This document shows, in pieces, positions 25,642 to 38,000 of a DNA stretch of 64,000 nt. Source of the stretch: Eledone cirrhosa. Lineage: Eukaryota. The notes below the pieces were generated by a model. The model was not told where the DNA came from. It saw nothing but the letters and a program-made list of their open reading frames with translations, and did no database searches. The stretch spans positions 186,992,001 through 187,056,000 of the forward strand of contig OZ024743.1 of assembly GCA_964016885.1 (NCBI GenBank), written 5' to 3'. Within the stretch, counting starts at the first letter, position 1, and the number at the start of each line of letters is the position of its first letter. The translations under genes were made by a program, and so were the position numbers.

Positions 25642-27378
25642 CACCGTGTAACAAAAAAAAATGTTTGTCTGTTCCTGGCTTGTAATCACTTTTTTTGTAT
25701 TGCTTAGGTCCCAAATAAATAAAAAAAGTGCTATTAAACAGTTAAAAGTTTGGGTTTGTAAAAATTATAAGCTATTCACTAGAATTATTTGTATGCTGGA
25801 TTTTACGTTGTATGTAAGTTTAATTTGCTTATGTTATATGATTTTTTTTATATATGTTTCAGGTTAAATTAAAATTATAAAATAAAGAGTAATACCTAAA
25901 GAAAATTATAAAAGTTCAATAAAGTATAAAATTGTTAAAAAATGGATAAAAGAGATTTATTGATACTGGGGTAACAGAAAAAGTTCCTCACTTCCCAAAC
26001 CCAAAAAGAAGTCAATGACTTGGTCAGGGATATGGGTCTGACCAAGTCCAATGCAGAACTATTCGTCTCCAGGATGAAGCAGTGGAACTTGGTCAAGGAG
26101 GAAGTGCAGGTGAAATGTCAGAGAAGTCGACACAAACTTTTCTCAGGCTTTTACACTCTTAGGGATGGCCTCTGCTTTTGCCATGACGTGCCTGGACTGT
26201 GTGACGTTATTGGGGTGCCGTTTGTGCCCAAGGAGTGGCAGCTATTTATAGACAGCTCCACCACAAGTTTGAAGGCTGTCCTCCTCCACAATGGAAACAA
26301 GTTCCCGACACTGCCCCTAGCTCATTCAGTCTGCCTGAAGGAAGATTACTACAGTGTGAAAGTACAATTGGGAAATCATTGGAGACTTCAAGATGGTTGC
26401 TTTCCTGCTTGGACTCCAAAGAGGCTTTATCAAATTCCAATGCTTCCTCTGCCTTTGGGACAGCAGAGCCACCTCTGACCACTACAAAAGAAAGAACTGG
26501 GAGCAGTGAACAGAATTTGTAGTTGGGACCCGGAACGTCATGTGGGAGCCACTGGTTGATCCCAGGATTGTGTTCATGCCGCCACTGCACATTAAGTTGG
26601 GGTTGATGAAGTAGTTTGTGAAAGCTCTCTTCTTGAGTTCATCCCCAAGTTATCTGAGGGCAAAATCAAATGTGGAATTTTTGTTGGACCTCAGATAAAG
26701 AAGGTGTTTGAGTCTACCGACTTCTCCAATAAGCTCAATAGGATTGAGAGAACAGCATGGAACTATTTCAAGGCAGCTGTTAAGGGCTTCCTTGGCAACT
26801 ACAGAGCTGAAAACTACCAGCAACTGGTGCAGGATCTGATAAAGGCTTTTGGCGCCATGGGATGCAGGATGTCGCTTAAACTCCATATGCTGGACGGGCA
26901 CCTGGAAAAATTCAAAGACAATATGGACGCCTACTCAGAAGAACAAGGCGAACGATTCCACCAAGATGTGAAAGAGATAGAGCGGAGGTACCAGGGCCAC
27001 TACAATGAAAAACTGATGGGGGACTATATCTGGGGGCGAGTGCGGGAATACGACCTGGACTACAACCGCAAATCCAGGAAATCCAGTCATTTCTGATGTG
27101 TATAAGTTGCTTTATAAGTGTTATTTGTTTTTACTTGTTTGCTTTTGATAAGCTTGTGTAATAAAATAAATATATACTCTGTTGATTTAATTATATGAAC
27201 TGATAAATTAAAAAAAATGTGTTTTTTCTAGAAAAATATGAAAATTTCGAAATATGAAACTCCTGACCACAAACTCAAACTTCTGAGTAAATAATAGTGT
27301 TTTTTTAAAATAATAATGGGATATAACAAACCAGGAAATGACAGTTAGAACCAGGAACAAAAAATATATTACATGGTG
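25642..27378 (+). mobile_element. Chapaev3-like (CMC superfamily) DNA transposon, defective
   Basis: Termini CACCGTGTAA and TTACATGGTG, subterminal TGTTCCTGG/CCAGGAACA, TTA TSD (25639-25641, 27379-27381), transposase motifs inside. Confidence 0.8.
26020..27096 (+). pseudogene. Frameshifted Chapaev-type transposase
   Basis: LFIDSSTTSLKAVLLHNGN, PPLHIKLGLMK*, MSLKLHMLDGHL, SEEQGERFHQD..ERRYQG. Confidence 0.85.
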
Positions 27379-27827
27379 TTATTTATTACATATATATGTA
27401 TACACACATATATATATGTATACACATACACACATATATATATGTATACACATACACACAAATATAAATATATATATATATGTGTGTGTGTGTATATTCA
27501 TTATTAAGACTAAATAGTGAGTTTTGTTACTCTGGAGTTTCACCTATTTATGTCTCACTGCCTATAGGAACATCTGTATGCAGATGATTTAACCATCGTA
27601 GCTGAATTTATAGCAGAATTAGGTAAGAAACTCCAAACCTGGAAGCATGGCACAGAATAAAAGGGTCTTAAAGTCAACTTGATAAAGACTAAAGTGCCTA
27701 TTAGGCTTTAGAAGCCTCTGCAGGGCTCACAGCTTCTTATAGAGATATATAATTTATTAGTGATGGTCTTGTTTAATGAGATAATGGCCATTATCATTAT
27801 ATATATGAATATATGTATATCTATTTA

Positions 27828-28146
27828 TCATCATCATCATCATTTTACGTCCGCTTTTCCCTGCTTGCAAGGGTGGGACGGGAACTGATTCTGGCTTGAT
27901 TTCTACAGCTGGATGCCCTTCCTAACACCAACCTCATTTACAGTGAGTGCTCAGTGCTCTTTTTTCCATGGCGCCTCCACGAAATGAAATGATAGGCACC
28001 CCGTCCTATCATCTCATTTCTACAGCTGAGTAAACTGGAGCAATGTGAAATAAAGTGTCTTGCTCAAGGAAACAACACATCACCCGGTCTGAGAATTGAA
28101 TTCACAACCTTTCGATTGCAAGGTTAATGCTCTAACCACTAAGCCT
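27828..28146 (-). mobile_element. tRNA-derived CORE-like SINE family B with RTE-derived 3' tail
   Basis: Head GGCTTAGTGGTTAGAGC..G(A)TTCAATTC; CORE-like CCTTGAGCAAGACACTT; tail CCCACCCTTGCAAGCAGGGAAAAGCGGACGTAAAA(TGA)n. Confidence 0.85.
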
Positions 28147-28277
28147 TTTATATGTGCATTTTATATATATATATAAAATCAACTAACTAGATATTTGTAA
28201 TAAATTGAAGTGAAAACCAACAGGTGAGTGTTTTTATTAGCAACATGATCGTTCCAAATTATAACAATATATAAATA

Positions 28278-28326
<49 letters not shown>

Positions 28327-28748
28327 ATATATATATATATATATGTGTATATATATATATATCTAAACCCATGGTAGCGTGGAAGATAGACGTTAAACGA
28401 TGATGATGATGATGATTTACATACACATATATATATGTATATGAATGTGTGTATGTGTGTGTATATATATATATATAAGTAGTGGAATTTAATTTGAAGA
28501 ATGAAGTTACATTATTTGTAATCACGATAAATTTTCTTTTTTTCTTACACAATTTTTTATATCTAAAATTTAAATTCTCTCTTTTCTATATTTCTTGAAT
28601 TTGCAAATGAAATTTGGAATAATAGATTAATATAATAAATCAACAAAACTTACAATAGTTGAAACCCATCTGTTCTCTACCTTACACATTCATGATTAAT
28701 TATCACATTTTAAAAATTAGTTATTGACAAAAATGTTAAGATAGTAGT

Positions 28749-30207
28749 CATCATCATCATCATCATTTTACGTTCGCTCTTCCCTGCTTGCAAGGGTGGG
28801 ACGGGTCTTATTCAGCACAGCATCTCTCCATTCGTCACGGTCCTTCGTCATCTCCACCGTGAGATTCAACGATCTGAGGTCTGTTCTCACCACCTCCGCC
28901 CATGTTTTTCGTGGTCTACCTCTACCACGTCTTTCTTCAACTGGCATTTCCTGGCACTTATTCACTCAACGGTCATCCTCCATGTGCATCACATGTCCAT
29001 ACCACCTCAGTCTCCCGTACACTACATTCTATCCCTCTCAGACACAGTTTCTCTCTCAACACATTCATGCTGAGTCGTTCACGCACATTTACACTGCACA
29101 TCCAACGGAGCATGCTTGCCTCATTTCTCCCCAGCTGTTGTATCTCCTCTGCAGTTGCTGCCCATGTCTCACTACCATGCAGCATCGCGCTCCTCACACA
29201 GGCATCATATAACTGGCCTTTCGTATGCAGGGAGAAACCCTTCTTCGTCAGCAGAAGAAGCAGCTCCCTAAACTTCTTCCAACTCGTCCTTATTCTAGAT
29301 ACTATGGCCTCGGAACACCCCTCTCCCATGCTAATCTGATCTCCTAGGTACCGGAAGCTATCCACCACTTCTATAGCACCCTCCTGCATTTGAAAAATGT
29401 GTCTATCAATGCGACTTCTACTGTCTAATTTCCCTGTACATCTACTGCATACATATTTCTCCCTACCTGTTAGTTTGCCTGCTATCCCGCTACACCTCTT
29501 GTGTACCCTGGATCTGCATTGTGTGCATTTTATAGAATTTATGCCAGTTCCTTTTCTGCATATCGAATATGGCCATTTCCCTGACGGAATCAGAGTTTTG
29601 TCCTCTTTTCTACTCATCAACACTTTTGTCTTAGCTAGGTTCACTCTCAGTCCTCTTGCTTCCAACTACTGTTTCCATAGCCAGAATTTATTCTCTAGTT
29701 CCTCTACTGATTCTGCTATAAGAACCAGATCGTCAGAATAGAGAAGTTCCCATGGACAGCCAGTCTTAAACTCCTCTGTTATGGCTTGGAGGACTATAAT
29801 GAACAAGAATGGGCTGAGGACCGAACCTTGATGTACTCCTACTTGTATCTGGAATTCCTCACTAAACTCCATTCCTACACTGACTTTACTGAGAGTACAT
29901 CTGTACAAAGTTTGCACTGTCCTCACAAGCCATTCCTCAACACCTAGTTTCCTTAGGGACCACCAGATGACAGATCGGGGTACCCTATCAAAGGCCTTCT
30001 CTAGGTCAACAAAGGCTAAGTATAGTGGCTTTTTTTTCTCTAAGAAGCTCTCTTGTAATTGTCTCACCAAGAAGAGGGCATCTGTTGTACTCTTCCCTGG
30101 CACAAAACCAAACTGCATATCATCTAGTTTGACTCTTTCTCTAATTAGTTGTGCTAATATCCTTTCTGCCACTTTCATAACCTGATCCATCAGTTGTATA
30201 CCCCTAG
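28749..30207 (-). mobile_element. RTE LINE, 5'-truncated, RT plus PHD-like insert
   Basis: MQFGFVPGKSTTDA, FVDLEKAFDRVPR, GVHQGSVLSP, LLYSDDL, GRGRPRKTW, (CAT)n tail. Confidence 0.95.
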
Positions 30208-32633
30208 TATAAATACAAAATTTGCTCTCTTGCTTCTATGTACAAGTTGAAATGTTGCTAGTATCTATTTTAACTTTCATTTGCAATACTATGGGCATGT
30301 GGCTAGAATGTCTCAGGAAAGAATCGCTGGACAGATCTGAACAGATTTTACAGGCAAAACCAACAGGTAGGAGACCCAGGTATGAAAATCAAGCAAGATG
30401 ATTGGATAACACCCATGAGCCTGACTGGTCAGACTTGGGGATCCAGCTGGATCAGTTGGAGATGGTTGCTTCTGACAGGACCCGCTGGAAGGAGTGTTTG
30501 AGGATTCTGCCCCTACAACCCTCTTAGGAATAAGTGGGCAAAAAGAAGAAGATTGGCAAAGTGTTCATAAAATATTAACCAGGAAGGTGACATTGTCAAT
30601 TCTCTACATTCTCTCTTACAAATTTATCATCCTTTTATGCTGAATCTTCCTGAGATCTGTATTAAGGATACACATGTCTGTAAAATGTTAAGCCACTTAC
30701 ATATTTATTTCAAGAGCAGGAAGCGCTGTTGATTGAATCAACTGGAACAAAAGTCTTCAAAAATACTGGAGATCCAACTATAACACCATTGTATTTATCA
30801 AGGTGCTCTAGATTTTTTCTGACCAGAAATCAATTAAAAACTTAAACATTCACTCTTCTTTTTCTTTTGCTTTCCTTAGTTCATCTATAATCCTTAATTA
30901 ATAGTCATCCTCACCTCTACATTATATAAATGAAACTCAAGTTAAAATGGGTGGGCTCATTCATCATCATCATCACCACCATTTTAATGTCTTATTTCCC
31001 ATGCTTGCATGGGTCAGACCGGTTGTCCATACTATGAGGCAAGTCTGGCCATTTGGCTGCATCGTACCTTGCTTAAATGGGATTGTATTTTGACTAATTT
31101 TTTACAGTGTGATGCCCTTCCTAACACCAACCACATTGACTGTGTGGAACTGGGTGGTCATGTTATGAGAGGCGTCAGGCCAGATGGCTGTGCTGTACAC
31201 TGGTATTAAGCAGATCCATATCTGGTGGCTGGGTGGACCCATAATGAGGTAGGTCTGGCCAGTTGGCCATGTCAATCCTTGCTCATAGCAGGGCTTGTGT
31301 TTTGGCTGAGGATTTTTACGGCTGCTGGGTGCCTTTCCTAATACCAACCACACTAAGTGGTCACCCTTACGATGTATGTTTGGCCAATTGGCCATGCCTT
31401 GGCTGGATTCTTATGAATGCTAGTTGTCTTTCCAAACAACAACCACATTTACAATGTGGAACTGTGTGTTCCACATATGAGGCAGGTCAGGCCAGTTAGC
31501 TGTGTTGTATCGTGCTCATACTGGGTCATATTTTGACTGGGATTTTCCAGCTTTTGGATGCATTTCCTAACACCAACCACATTTGCAGTGTGCGACTGGC
31601 ATGTTGGTTGAGTACTGATGACTTTTTCCCATCCTTGAGTTCTCGCCAATCTTTACCTGTCCTTTCTCCTATGCTATGGGCTGTTTCCCCCTATGTATGT
31701 TAAGTTCTTATTCCTACACTGTCTCCCAGTACATCTTATGTTATATAATACGTTCCTAGTTTTGCAGTTAGTTTGCGGGCTTAGCAAACAACCAACTAAT
31801 GACAAGTAAATAAACATAAATAAATAGATAAAAACACACACAGCTAGATGTAATACATGTGGAAACTAGGCACACAACACACAACTCACAAAAACAAGAT
31901 GGTGTAGGACAGAACAAAGGAGAGACACAAAATAAAAACCCAGTCACACTGAGGAGGTACAGAATGTGTGACGAAAGAGCTTTGACAATATATAAACAAC
32001 CATCCAGTTATCAAACCTACCAATCAACCAACCAGAAATTTATAATAAATTGAAGGGAAAACCAACAAGTGCGTGTGTTTTTATTGACAGCATGACCCTC
32101 CCAAAATATAGCAATATCTGTTTCAACACACGTTTTCAGATAAGAAATCTTGCAAAACAAATTGTATACATATATGTATGTACGTATACATACTTATATT
32201 TAAGTATCAGCCATACTAAGAATGAGAAATGAAATTTCGTTTTTTCCAGCCGACTAACTCACTAGATATGCAAATTAGGCTGCTCAGTTGTTAATATGCA
32301 TAATGAAAGTATATACTTTCAAACGTTCAATCAACTGACACAAAGGTATATGGTGCCAATAACAGCTAATAAGCTAGCAACTAGTTCATCGTTCCTTTGT
32401 CAGTGTTGAACAAAAGGGCAACGATGGGTGCCGAACACTGTACGGCTTAATAACAAATGTTCGGTAAACCCATACGTACATATATATATGTGTGCATGTA
32501 TGTATGTATATACATACTACTGTACGTCTGTATACATATATGTATGTATACATACTTATATTTAAGTATCAAGTACTAAGAGTCAGAAATGAAATTCAAA
32601 TTTTTTTCCATTTATATATATACATACACAGAC

Positions 32634-32664
<31 letters not shown>

Positions 32665-32929
32665 CAGATACATATATACATATAAATATATATATATAGT
32701 AAAGATATAATTTCTTAACGGGTGGATACAGAAAGCATGCAATCCATACTGTAACATGGTAGGTGTTAAGGAGGGTATCCAGCTCTAGAAACCAAGCCAA
32801 AAATACAGATCCATATAAAGATGTGTTCTCTTAACCTGAATTGTCTCAGAACGTGACGACCCAACCCATCTATCCAATGCATGCGTGTAAAATGGACATT
32901 AAATGATGATGATGATATATATATATATG

Positions 32930-35776
32930 ATCACCTATAGATCAGGGGAACACGCCAGCCAGATAGATTATATCCTTACTAGAAGACGGGACAAAATGTC
33001 TGTTGTAAACACTAAATTCCTCCCCTGTGAAGAATGCACCCCCCAACATAGCCTAGTAGTTAGTGACCTCATCGTCACTAACTACTAGGCTATGTGGGGG
33101 GGTGCATTCTTCACAGGGGAGGAATTTACCTGTACGCGACGACAGAGGAGGCCTACCTTGAGGAGAAGAATATGGAAGTTGAAGGACCCCATAACCAGTG
33201 ACAAATTTAAAAGCTTATTATTTGATGCCTTTGACAATAAGGAAGAGCAATTAGAGACGTGCAATATAGAGGAGCAGTGGCAATTCTTGAAAGTGAACCT
33301 GCTGAAAGCAACGGATGAAATCTGTGGCTGGAGCAGACCTATTGGCAGAAGGAGAGTAACTTGGTGGTGGAACAGTAAGGTGGAAGAGACAATCAAGGTC
33401 AAAAAGCAGGCTTGGAAAGTATGGCAGGATGGGGGAAGTAGAGAGCACTATCAAGTAGCCAGGAGAGAAGCTAGGAGACAAGTGTACCTTGCAAAAAGGG
33501 TAGCAGGGGATAGAAAGTTCAAGCATGTTCTACAACGTGAGGACCAAAAACGTGAGGTGTTCAGGATTGCTAAACAATGTGTCAAGGAAAACCGTGATAT
33601 TGTCGGGGAGAAGTGCGTCCGTAATGATAATGGTGTACTTGCGCTCACTGATACTGATAAGAAGATAGCCTGGAAGTGTTACTACGAGAGACTACTAAAT
33701 GAGGAGAATAAATGGGAAAAAGATAGTCTGCCCCAAATCGATCCAATAGATGGACCAGCGGTGCAAGTTAAAGGTAGTATAATAAGTAAGGCAATCAAAG
33801 ATATGAAGACAGGCAAGGCAGCTGGGCCTTCGGAGATAGTTGCTGAGATGTTGAAGGCATCTGGTATGGTGGGACAGACTATGGTCACCCGTATAGTTAA
33901 CCAAGTAATACAGAATGGGGTCATACCGAAAGACTGGCGTAGCAGCATCATCATTAACGGCTACAAGGGTAAAAGGGATGCTCTAGATAGGGGAAACTAT
34001 AGAGGCATTAAGTTAGTTGACCAGGTCATGAAAGTCACAGAAAGAGTTATAGCGCAACTAATCAGAGAGTGAATTGATCTAGATGAAATGCAGTTCGGGT
34101 TTGTGTCAGGTAAAAGTACCACAGACGCTCTTTTCCTTGTATGACAACTACAAGAGAAGTACCTAGCTAAAAGTAAACCCCTCTACTTAGCTTTTGTAGA
34201 CCTGGAGAAAGCTTTTGACAGAGTCCCCCGCTCCATTATCTGGTGGACTCTTAGAAAACTAGATGTAGATGAATGGCTTGTGAGAGCTATACAAGCTATG
34301 TATAATGAAACAGTCAGTAAGGTTAGAATTAACAATGAATATTGTGAAGAATTTAGTGTAAAAGTTGGCGTTCATCAAGGCTCTGTCCTTAGCCCCCTCT
34401 TATTTATTATTGCCCTTCAGGCTATAACAGAGGAGTTCAAGACTGGCTGCCCATGGGAACTCCTATACGCAGATGATCTAACGCTCATAGCTGAATCAAT
34501 GGCTGAACTAGAGAAGAAATTCGAAACATGGAAGCATGGCCTAGAATCAAAAGGCCTTAAAGTTAACTTGTCTAAGACTAAAGTTCTAGTTTGTAGAAAG
34601 GAAAATAGGGCACAAGTGCCCTCAGGGAAATGGCCATGCTCAGTGTGTAGGAAAGGAGTATGCAGAAATTCCATTTTATGTCCCAAATGCAAAGTATGGG
34701 TACATAAAAGATGTAGTGGGATCACAGTTAAACTATCTAAGAACGTAGACTTTATATGTGGCCAATGCTCAGGTGCAATAAGTAGCAAGTGCCCACAGAA
34801 TACTAGCTCCTTCTATTGCCCAGATGGTTCTATAGAAATAGTAGACACTTTCCGTTACCTGGGTGAAGAAATCAGCAGTGGTGGAGGGTGTTCTGAAAGT
34901 ACAGTAGCCATAGTCAGAACGGGATGGAAAAAGTTCAGAGAGCTTATACTGCTGTTGGCCACAAAAGGTTTCTCTCTAAAAATGAAAGGCAGATTGTATG
35001 ATGCTTGTATACGAACAGCAATGCTACATAGCAGTGAGACATGGGCATTACGTGCAGAGGACCTGCGTAGACTGGAAAGGAACGAAGCATGCATGCTCCG
35101 TTGGATGTGTAATAGTAATATACGTGAACGGCAAAGCATAAATGAACTAAGTGAGAAATTAGGAATAAGAGGGATCAGATGTTGTTTACTTGAGAGAAGA
35201 CTACATTGGTATGGTCACGTGATGCGCATGAAAGTCGACAGCTGCATAAAAAAGTGCAGGGCGATCAAAATTGATGGTAGTTACGGAGTAGGTAGACCCA
35301 GAAAAACCTGGAATGATCTGATAAATTCCGACCTCATGCACTTACATCTCTCTAAGACAATGTCTCTGGACCGAGATCTTTGGCGCTACACAGTAATACA
35401 GAAGACCCGCCTTGCCTATGTAAAAAACGAAACCTACAGTCAGTAGGCACCTCTTAACCAAATATACACCACAATCCACTACTCCTACCCTATCCTCCCA
35501 CTCCCACTAACAGCACGAGAAAATGAGATCGTGTAGGTGTCACGACAAAAAACACACACAGTTCACGCTGTAATGTGGCCATGTAGGTAACATGGTAAAA
35601 AGTTCCCAGTTCCGCACTGTAAATGTGGTTGGTGTTAGGAAGGGCATCCAGCCGTAGAAAATCTGCCAGATAGTCCTATATGAGTGAGACACAGTCACCC
35701 GACCAGCCTTGCCTCAAGTGGGACAAGTCCCATATAACCCATGCTAGCGTGGAAAATGGACATTAAACAAAAATGA

Positions 35777-35780
<4 letters not shown>
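32930..35780 (+). mobile_element. Longest RTE LINE copy (APE C-terminus, RT, PHD-like insert, 3' UTR), pseudogenised
   Basis: APE end SQIDYIL..PQHSLVV; GNYRGIKL; YADD; premature TGA near 34070 and 34142; 3' UTR to a (TGA)n tail. Confidence 0.95.
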
Positions 35781-35808
<28 letters not shown>

Positions 35809-35815
<7 letters not shown>

Positions 35816-36208
35816 TTCAAAATATTAACAAAAATAGACATTTGTGTGATCAAGTATATTTTATTATACATATTTCAGAGGTACTGAGCTATCCTCATCA
35901 GATAAAATAAGATGATGCATGACATACCCTGACTAAGTAGATGGTTAAAATTCAGACTGAATGTTAACCATCTACTTAGTCAGGGTATGTCATGCATCAT
36001 CTTATTTTATCTGATGAGGACGTACTGTTGAAGATAGCTCAGTACTTCTGAAATATGTATAATAAAATATACTTGATCACACGAATGTCTATTTTTGTTA
36101 ATATTTTGAATTAATATTAATAACTCTGGAAAACCATTACTGTGGAGTGCTTCTAATCTATTGTAAAACTTTATTCTTTGATTTATTCATTGAACTTTGT
36201 TTAACCTT
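35809..36208 (+). mobile_element. Fold-back hammerhead element 3
   Basis: Inverted arms centred near 35956 (35809-36117), ~91-nt tail with ACTCT..CTGTGGAGTGCT, (TA)n flanks. Confidence 0.8.
36003..36069 (+). ncRNA. Minimal type I hammerhead ribozyme
   Basis: TATTTTAT-CTGATGA-GGACGTACTG..CAGTACTTCT-GAAA-TATGTA-TA-ATAAAATA; the antisense copy 35857-35909 has a stem II deletion. Confidence 0.85.
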
Positions 36209-36589
36209 TATATATATCATGCAAGCACAGAAAGATAGACATGAAATGGTGATGATGCAAATTTAAAGCAGGCATAAAGCAAAACAAGACAGTCTTGTTT
36301 ACAAAGTGTACAAGACATTTTTTTAATCATTAATTGAATGTTATAGTATCACATTGCATCTTGTGTTTTGCAGTTCTATTTTGGAAAAGAGTATTATAAA
36401 TATACTTTTATATAGTGAGACAATATAAGTTGCTATATATTATTATCAGTATCTGCTATTTACTTGTATGTATAGAAGTAATCATCATTTAACATTTTTA
36501 GTTATTCTGCATTGTCTTGTTGCCTTGTTCCAAAAATGTGCTCAAACATCTCTATCCCAATAATTCAGTCATGGATTGTGTTAAGAGAG

Positions 36590-36870
36590 AACTCTCTGAC
36601 ATGCAGATCTCTAGGAACTGGCCACCTTATGGTCCCAGCAGATTGAAGAAAGAAAGTGTTGTCCTCGAAGATGGTGAGAGTGATGCATTGGAATAGCCAT
36701 TTCAACTTGCTGGGCTCAGACCTGTGAGTGGCCAATATGACCCTAATAATAGCAAGTAGAAATGTAGCCCATGGACCAAGAATGCTAGAAGTCTCCACTG
36801 CTACAGGTTTGACAACAAACCTATTGGAAAGTGGCCAATATTTGTGTGCAATCTTTAGCTCGTCAGGCAT
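36590..36870 (-). mobile_element. CRE-like RLE LINE 3' fragment
   Basis: KY..L..F..KPVAVETSSILGPWA..EP..WLFQCITLTIFEDN resembles the CRE-clade C-terminus (FxPxAxETxGxWG..FLFQRLSxAIQRGN). Confidence 0.55.
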
Positions 36871-37274
36871 TAATAAAATTTACAGTTATAATTTGTTGTT
36901 ATATTTCAAAATTGTAAACACTGATTGCTATTAGTGAATGGAGATGGCATGTGGTTATTAACTCTATATGTATGTGTGTGTGCCATCATCATCATTTAAT
37001 GTCTGTTTTCCCCAGAAGCAAGGGTTGTATCGGTTTTCACAAACAAACTCAGTACTCAAGAGGAACCATTCACCTCTCATTTTGCTGGTGTAGGGAGGGA
37101 TGGGGCTACATCTTGGTGCATTTTATTGGGCATCAACACTAAGGCGGTTATTATGTCTTTAACACTGCTGAAGAGTATTCACAACTCTTTGTTTGACAGG
37201 TTCTCTATGGCTGGATGCCCTTCCTATTGCCAACCCTTTTACAGAGTTTACTGATGTATTTATATAAATCCTTT

Positions 37275-38000
37275 ACTATTAACAATCTTAAGATTAGCTA
37301 AACAGCATTCTACTATTATAGTAATTCCATTCAAGAAATAATGCACTCTAGAAAATCCATTCTTTTCTTCAATAATGTCATGTGGATAAACATAGTACAG
37401 AACTTTCTGATGTAGAGAATGGGAATAAAAAAAATGCCACAGAAATTTCAAATTTAATTGGTTTATATATTCTAAACGTGATCTGCAATAGATTCAACTC
37501 TATTAATGGTGGCATTTATAAAGATGACACATTATTAACAACCAACATTTCAATGATTAACCAACAGATGTATTTAGGAAAAAACAGAATCAAGTTATTT
37601 AATGACTTATATCTAAAAGTTACTCTAAGTAATAAAAATGAAGTAGTCAATTTTTCCAAATGTAAATTTTAACCTCAATATCAACAAAGTTGAACTTGTT
37701 TTAAATCAATCACATCAATACTATGTTCATTTGTCATATTTCTTACCATCTATCACATGTTCTTAAAACCTTTTTCATAAATATAGGTAAAAGAATCTCA
37801 GCCAACTCTTATGATGAAACAGTTCAATAAACTAATAATCCTCCCTAATAATATACTAGCCATCAGTTGTTTTAAAGAGATATTTAAATATTATAAAACT
37901 ACACAGATTAATAAGAGGTAATGCAAAACAAATATGACATGGTTTAATCCACCTCATTCAATGAATTTTGGTATCCTAATTAGAAAGTTATTACTTCATT
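37275..38000 (+). pseudogene. Decayed Penelope-like element RT
   Basis: Across frames: IMHSRKSILF, DVxMG..ATEISNLIGLYIL, GGIYKDDTL, LKVTL..VVNF, KRISANS, TWFNPPHS; same order as PLE RT/thumb motifs (ARKSLLF, GAEICELVGLY, GLYRDDGL, WFNPPYS). Confidence 0.75.
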
